DNA from: Candidatus Micrarchaeota archaeon
GTDB taxonomy: Archaea; Micrarchaeota; Micrarchaeia; Micrarchaeales; CABMGC01
Assembly (NCBI GenBank): GCA_027319905.1
Contig: DAHVMJ010000022.1
Location: 1-10,300, forward strand
Length of the DNA: 10,300 nt
Reading direction: 5' to 3'
Positions 6,337-10,300 of this stretch are shown one piece after another; the stretch's first letter is position 1; each line of letters begins with the position of its first letter. Both the position numbers and the translations under genes were made by a program. The notes beneath the pieces are model-generated. The model was not told the origin of the DNA. It saw only the letters and a list, made by a program, of their open reading frames with translations, and did not search any database.

Positions 6337-7917
6337 ATGCCCAGAGAGAGGGAGCCACTTGGCAGGAGAAGCGTGAGAACGTTCTCCGTTTTGACCGTTG
6401 GGCGCGTGCTGAGCCTGCTGATAGGAATAGCGACAATAATCGTGATCGCAAGGCTCCTCGGCCCCGACGAGTACGGCGTGTTCACCATAGCCTACGCCTT
6501 CTTCCTGCTTGTCAGCGCGGCAAGCAATTTCGGGTTCGGGCAGTATCTGATCAAGCATCTGTCAGAAGCGGAAGACAGGCACGACAGAGGCGCTTTCTCC
6601 AAATCGCTTGGCGCAGCATTCGTGTTGGTGGTTGCGATAGGGCTTGCGCTGACCGCTCTTGGGATAGCGATAAGCGGGCCCGTGGCAGGCCTGCTGAATA
6701 TCAACGGCGTTAACCAGCAGTTGCTGATCATCGCTTCATCGATAGTCTTCTTCGCTATGATGTACGGTAGCTCGGACTACGCTCTCGTGGGAGTTGGAAA
6801 GAACGCCGCAGCCGCGGCGCTTGAGATACTTGAGAATGTGGTTATGCTTGCGGTCAGCGCGGCACTGGTGCTGATGGGCTATGGCGCCGAGGGCGCAGCC
6901 GGCGGAATACTCGTTAGCTACCTTGTGGCCGGAGCCATAGGCACGTACCTGATTTTCAGGTTCGCCCACAGGAGCATGCACGTGCAGGTGGCTATGCCAA
7001 AGTCGGGCGACCTGAGAAAAGCCCTTGCGTTCTCGCTTCCGGTAGCAGGCAATAACTTCCTGAACAACAGCATGCCGAGCTTCGGCACACTGCTGCTTGG
7101 ATTCTTTGTAACGGCGTACGAACTTGGAAACTTCGGAATAGCGCTCAGGGCCAGGACGATGCTTTCGATATTCTATACCACGGCAGCGGTATCGCTGATA
7201 CCAACACTCACAATCGCCACATCCAGGGGGACGGGGAACGGAGGCGCCAAGAATATTGAGCGCGTATACAACAAGTCAATGGCGTATTCTGTGCTTGCGA
7301 GCGTGCCAATAATCGCATATCTCGGCGTCTACTCCACGCCTCTCATCTATCTTTTCGTATCAAAGAGCTTCAGCTCCGCGCCGCTCTACCTTAGCCTGAT
7401 TGCGCTGGGCACAATAATAGGCGTTCTGGGGGTGTACGCGACAAGCATGTTTATCGCAAAGGCCAAGACATCCAAGCTCATAGTCTACACCGGCATGTGC
7501 ACGGTTGCGCAGCTTATCTCGCTTGCATTGCTTGTGCCCGCGTGGGGTGTTCTTGGAGCTATAATCTCACTATTCTTCGTGGAAAGCATAGCATGCGACT
7601 ATCTCTTCCTGAGGGGAACGCGTACTGTTCTGAAGCTGCGCACCGACTACGCGATGCTGGCACGCGCGTTCGCGGCCAACGCGGCGCTCGCGGTACTTTT
7701 TTCCCTGGGCTTCTATCTGTCCAGCATGGCGCTGCAACTGATCTACGGCGTTGCCGTGATGGTTATCGCATACCCGTTCTTCCTGGCGCTCTTCGGGGCT
7801 CTGAAAACTGATGATCTGGAGATACTGAGACGCGCGCTTGAGAAACTGCCTGCCATGCGCACGGTTTTCGAACCTATGCTCTCTTATCTAGGGTTCTTCA
7901 TTAGGCATATTCAATGA
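6337..7917 (+). CDS. Oligosaccharide flippase, Wzx/RfbX-like (MOP superfamily), paralogue 1
   Basis: 526 aa with about 14 hydrophobic segments. Hallmark IARLLGPDEYG after TM1, then FSLP and the second-repeat motif LLLGFF...ELGNFGIA. Confidence 0.88.
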   Translation: MPREREPLGRRSVRTFSVLTVGRVLSLLIGIATIIVIARLLGPDEYGVFTIAYAFFLLVSAASNFGFGQYLIKHLSEAEDRHDRGAFSKSLGAAFVLVVAIGLALTALGIAISGPVAGLLNINGVNQQLLIIASSIVFFAMMYGSSDYALVGVGKNAAAAALEILENVVMLAVSAALVLMGYGAEGAAGGILVSYLVAGAIGTYLIFRFAHRSMHVQVAMPKSGDLRKALAFSLPVAGNNFLNNSMPSFGTLLLGFFVTAYELGNFGIALRARTMLSIFYTTAAVSLIPTLTIATSRGTGNGGAKNIERVYNKSMAYSVLASVPIIAYLGVYSTPLIYLFVSKSFSSAPLYLSLIALGTIIGVLGVYATSMFIAKAKTSKLIVYTGMCTVAQLISLALLVPAWGVLGAIISLFFVESIACDYLFLRGTRTVLKLRTDYAMLARAFAANAALAVLFSLGFYLSSMALQLIYGVAVMVIAYPFFLALFGALKTDDLEILRRALEKLPAMRTVFEPMLSYLGFFIRHIQ

Positions 7918-7926
7918 GGCGCACAC

Positions 7927-9501
7927 ATGGACCATGAAACTGATACGGCTACGCTGGAGCTCGGAGTCAAGAGCGCCAAGGTTGCCTCCTACATAGGGCT
8001 CACGCATGTGATATCGATAGTGGTGGCGGGGGTAGCGCTCATCGTGCTGGCCAGATTGCTGCAGCCAGCCGAGTACGGAGTGTACACGCTCGCCTACAGC
8101 GTGTGGGCGCTCTTCTCAGCCATCAACCTTGCGGGCATAGGCCAGTACCTGAACAAGTACATACCCGTGTGGATTGCAAGAAAGAAGAAGATAGAGCTGC
8201 GGGAGGATCTTGGCCTGGGCTTCGTCTCACTGGCGCTGATGAGCATAGCGGTAGTTTTGATCGGCATAGCGCTTAGCGGGGTCATATCACAGTACGCTTT
8301 CCACAGCGCTTCGTATGCTGGCCTGATAGACCTTGCCCTGGCGGCCGTGCTCTTCACCCAGCTCGGCCTGCTGGCCTACAACGCATTGGTGGGCTTCAAG
8401 GACGGGTCCGCTTCAGCTATAAACTACGATATAGGGGCCATTGCCACAGCCGCAACAAGCATAGGGTTGGTGATCTTGGGGTACGGGGTGTACGGGGCGA
8501 TCGCGGGTCTACTTGTTGGGGGGGTGATCTGGCTGGTCTCGGGATTCTTCTTCATAACCAGACACAGCGCAATCAGCATCGCGCCGAGCGGGTTCGGGAA
8601 ACGGGCGAAAAGGATGCTCACCTTCTCTCTCCCTCTGGCCGGAGCCTCAATGATAAGCACAGCCGTGAGCAATTTCTCAGTCCTGCTACTCGGCGCCTTC
8701 TCGTCGGCAGCGCTGCTGGGTTCCTTTGGGGTGGCCTACAAAATAGGCATAATCGCGTCACTGACCGCGGGCTTCATCAACGGCGCACTTGTACCTATGT
8801 TCTCTAGCGCGATAGAAAACAGACACCCGAAGGAGCAGATACGGAAGCTGTACAACTACTCCGTGTATTTCGGCGCAGCGATAGGCGCTCCCGTCGCGAT
8901 CTACCTAATAGTCATGGCTGGATCGCTTGTAAGGTCTGTGTTTCCTGCCTACACGAGCTCATTGCTGTATACGCCTTCCATCACTGTTGCGATGCTGGTG
9001 GGGATGATAAGCGCGTATGCTTCGTCGCTCCTCATAAGCATGGGCGACATCAAGCGAGTGGTGAAGTACACGGTGATCGTAAGCATCGTTCAGATGGTTC
9101 TGCTAATAACTCTCGTGCCCCTCATCAATGCTTATGGAGTCATACTTGGCGTGTATCTGGTCGGCAACCTCCTTGCCGATTACCTTTACATGAACCACAT
9201 GCAGAAGAGGTTGGGAATAAGGACAGAGATGCGAGGCGTTTACAAGATTGTGGCAGCAAGTCTCGTGCTTGGCGCGGCACTCTCGGTTGTTGCTCTAGCG
9301 CCGATAAACGACACGCTGCGGCTCGCGATAGGCATAGTGGTGATGGCGCTCCTGTACCCGGCGACGCTAGGCCTTATCAAGGCATTTGGAAAGGGAGAGA
9401 GGGAACTGCTGGTTGCCATAGGCAGAAGTTCTGGGCTATTCGGCAGGGCCATAAGCATGGTTGTCTCGTACGTCTCTTTCTTCTCAGGTGATGCCGTTTG
9501 A
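7927..9501 (+). CDS. Oligosaccharide flippase, Wzx/RfbX-like (MOP superfamily), paralogue 2
   Basis: 524 aa with about 14 hydrophobic segments. Motifs LARLLQPAEYG, FSLP and LLLGAF...LLGSFGVAYK. It starts 9 nt after paralogue 1, with an SD-like GAGG. Confidence 0.88.
   Translation: MDHETDTATLELGVKSAKVASYIGLTHVISIVVAGVALIVLARLLQPAEYGVYTLAYSVWALFSAINLAGIGQYLNKYIPVWIARKKKIELREDLGLGFVSLALMSIAVVLIGIALSGVISQYAFHSASYAGLIDLALAAVLFTQLGLLAYNALVGFKDGSASAINYDIGAIATAATSIGLVILGYGVYGAIAGLLVGGVIWLVSGFFFITRHSAISIAPSGFGKRAKRMLTFSLPLAGASMISTAVSNFSVLLLGAFSSAALLGSFGVAYKIGIIASLTAGFINGALVPMFSSAIENRHPKEQIRKLYNYSVYFGAAIGAPVAIYLIVMAGSLVRSVFPAYTSSLLYTPSITVAMLVGMISAYASSLLISMGDIKRVVKYTVIVSIVQMVLLITLVPLINAYGVILGVYLVGNLLADYLYMNHMQKRLGIRTEMRGVYKIVAASLVLGAALSVVALAPINDTLRLAIGIVVMALLYPATLGLIKAFGKGERELLVAIGRSSGLFGRAISMVVSYVSFFSGDAV
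9486..9492 (+). promoter_or_regulatory. Archaeal Shine-Dalgarno AGGTGAT for the GT2 gene
   Basis: It lies 5 nt upstream of TTG 9498. That TTG overlaps the flippase stop as TTGA, suggesting translational coupling. Confidence 0.7.
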
Positions 9502-10208
9502 GTGGCGCATACTCAAACTTCACCATAGTTTTGCCAACCCTGAATGAGGAGAAGACGATAGGGGAGGTGCTCAGACGTGTGCAGCGGATGTACAGCGGCT
9601 GCAAGATCTTGGTGGTTGACGATGGCTCGGATGACCTCACCGGTGAGATTGTGAAGAGCGCCGGAAGGGAGAACGGAAACATAAGGTTTATAGACAGGTC
9701 TGCGCTCGGGCTTGACAGGGGTCTGACCGCCAGTATAACTTATGGCATACTCAAGAGCACTACAGAGTACGCCATAGTGATAGACGCAGACCTGCAGCAC
9801 CCTCCTGAGAAAATAAGAGACGTGGCGAGGGCGCTGGAGAGAGGCAGCGATCTCGCGGTAGCGAACAGAGCCGAGGTGACCGACTGGCCGCTCTACAGGA
9901 GACTCATCTCGCGTGCTTTCATGTACGCCGGCAAGGTTATCCTATTCGTAAGCGCCAAGGAGACGTGCGTGGACATATTCTCTGGATTCTTTGGTATCAG
10001 GAGGCGGGTTTTCGTGTCAACGTACAGCAGGAACAAGCGCAGGTTCGTTGAAGGTGGCTACAAGGTTCTCTTTGATTTTCTCAAGTGCGTTGACAGGGGC
10101 ACGCTTAAGATAAGCAATGTGCCGATAGTCTTCCGCAGCAGGGAGTTCGGCACCTCCAAAGCCGGCATGAAGCAGGGGATGGCCCTGCTAAGATCGTTCT
10201 TCAGCTAA
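9498..10208 (+). CDS. GT2 family DPM1-like polyprenol (dolichol) monophosphate sugar synthase
   Basis: Motifs IVLPTLNE, VVDDGSDDLT, GL..SI..G, IDADLQHPP (DxD), RRLISR, DIFSGFF, GYKVL and VPIVF..R..G.SK are all typical of Dol-P-Man synthase-like enzymes. No C-terminal transmembrane or GtrA domain. Sugar specificity cannot be read from sequence. Confidence 0.9.
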   Translation: MSGAYSNFTIVLPTLNEEKTIGEVLRRVQRMYSGCKILVVDDGSDDLTGEIVKSAGRENGNIRFIDRSALGLDRGLTASITYGILKSTTEYAIVIDADLQHPPEKIRDVARALERGSDLAVANRAEVTDWPLYRRLISRAFMYAGKVILFVSAKETCVDIFSGFFGIRRRVFVSTYSRNKRRFVEGGYKVLFDFLKCVDRGTLKISNVPIVFRSREFGTSKAGMKQGMALLRSFFS

Positions 10209-10223
10209 CTGCCTCTCTCTGGT

Positions 10224-10300
10224 CTAAAGCAGCGCGTACGTGATGAACACAGGCGCTAGCAGTATCGAGATAGTGCTCACCACCTTTATCATCGAGTTGA
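10224..10300 (-). CDS. hppA: Membrane-bound H+/Na+-translocating pyrophosphatase, last transmembrane helix only
   Basis: Not in the ORF track. The minus strand from 10298 translates as NSMIKVVSTISILLAPVFITYALL* (TAG 10226-10224), matching the mPPase C-terminal pattern (GP.l)N.lIK.m.ivsl.iAP.f. Only 24 residues are visible. Confidence 0.75.
   Translation of the reverse strand, partial: NSMIKVVSTISILLAPVFITYALL

Noticed and set aside
6288..9800. Short alternative-frame and antisense ORFs over the flippase and GT2 genes (for example 6288-6713, 7497-7811, 9377-9682)
   Set aside because: They overlap well-supported genes and have no domain signal or RBS.
1..10300. tRNA, rRNA, CRISPR array, transposase, integrase, defence system or DGR elements
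   Set aside because: Intergenic gaps are all under about 115 nt, and I saw no cloverleaf, spaced direct repeats or relevant protein motifs by eye.

Overview
Archaeal genomic DNA, most likely a DPANN lineage such as Micrarchaeota (inferred from the LamG repeat style, aCPSF1 next to psmB, GGTGA-type ribosome-binding sites and BRE/TATA promoters). The left half holds the 3' end of a LamG-domain surface protein, converging on a minus-strand cluster: TRAM protein, proteasome beta subunit (psmB), termination ribonuclease aCPSF1/FttA and a divergent DUF218/YdcF-like protein. The right half is a surface-glycosylation locus. A GT-C/YfhO-like polytopic membrane protein is transcribed divergently from two tandem Wzx/MOP-family flippases and a DPM1-like polyprenol-phosphate glycosyltransferase. 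The window ends in the 3' tip of a convergent membrane pyrophosphatase (hppA). I saw no RNA genes, mobile elements or CRISPR arrays. The best leads are a possible complete transmembrane glycosylation module on one bidirectional promoter, U-tract terminators directly upstream of aCPSF1 (possible autoregulation), a proteasome beta subunit lacking Asp166, a probable ACG start codon, and an orphan LamG starter motif at a protein C-terminus. All family calls come from motif recognition by eye, not from database searches.
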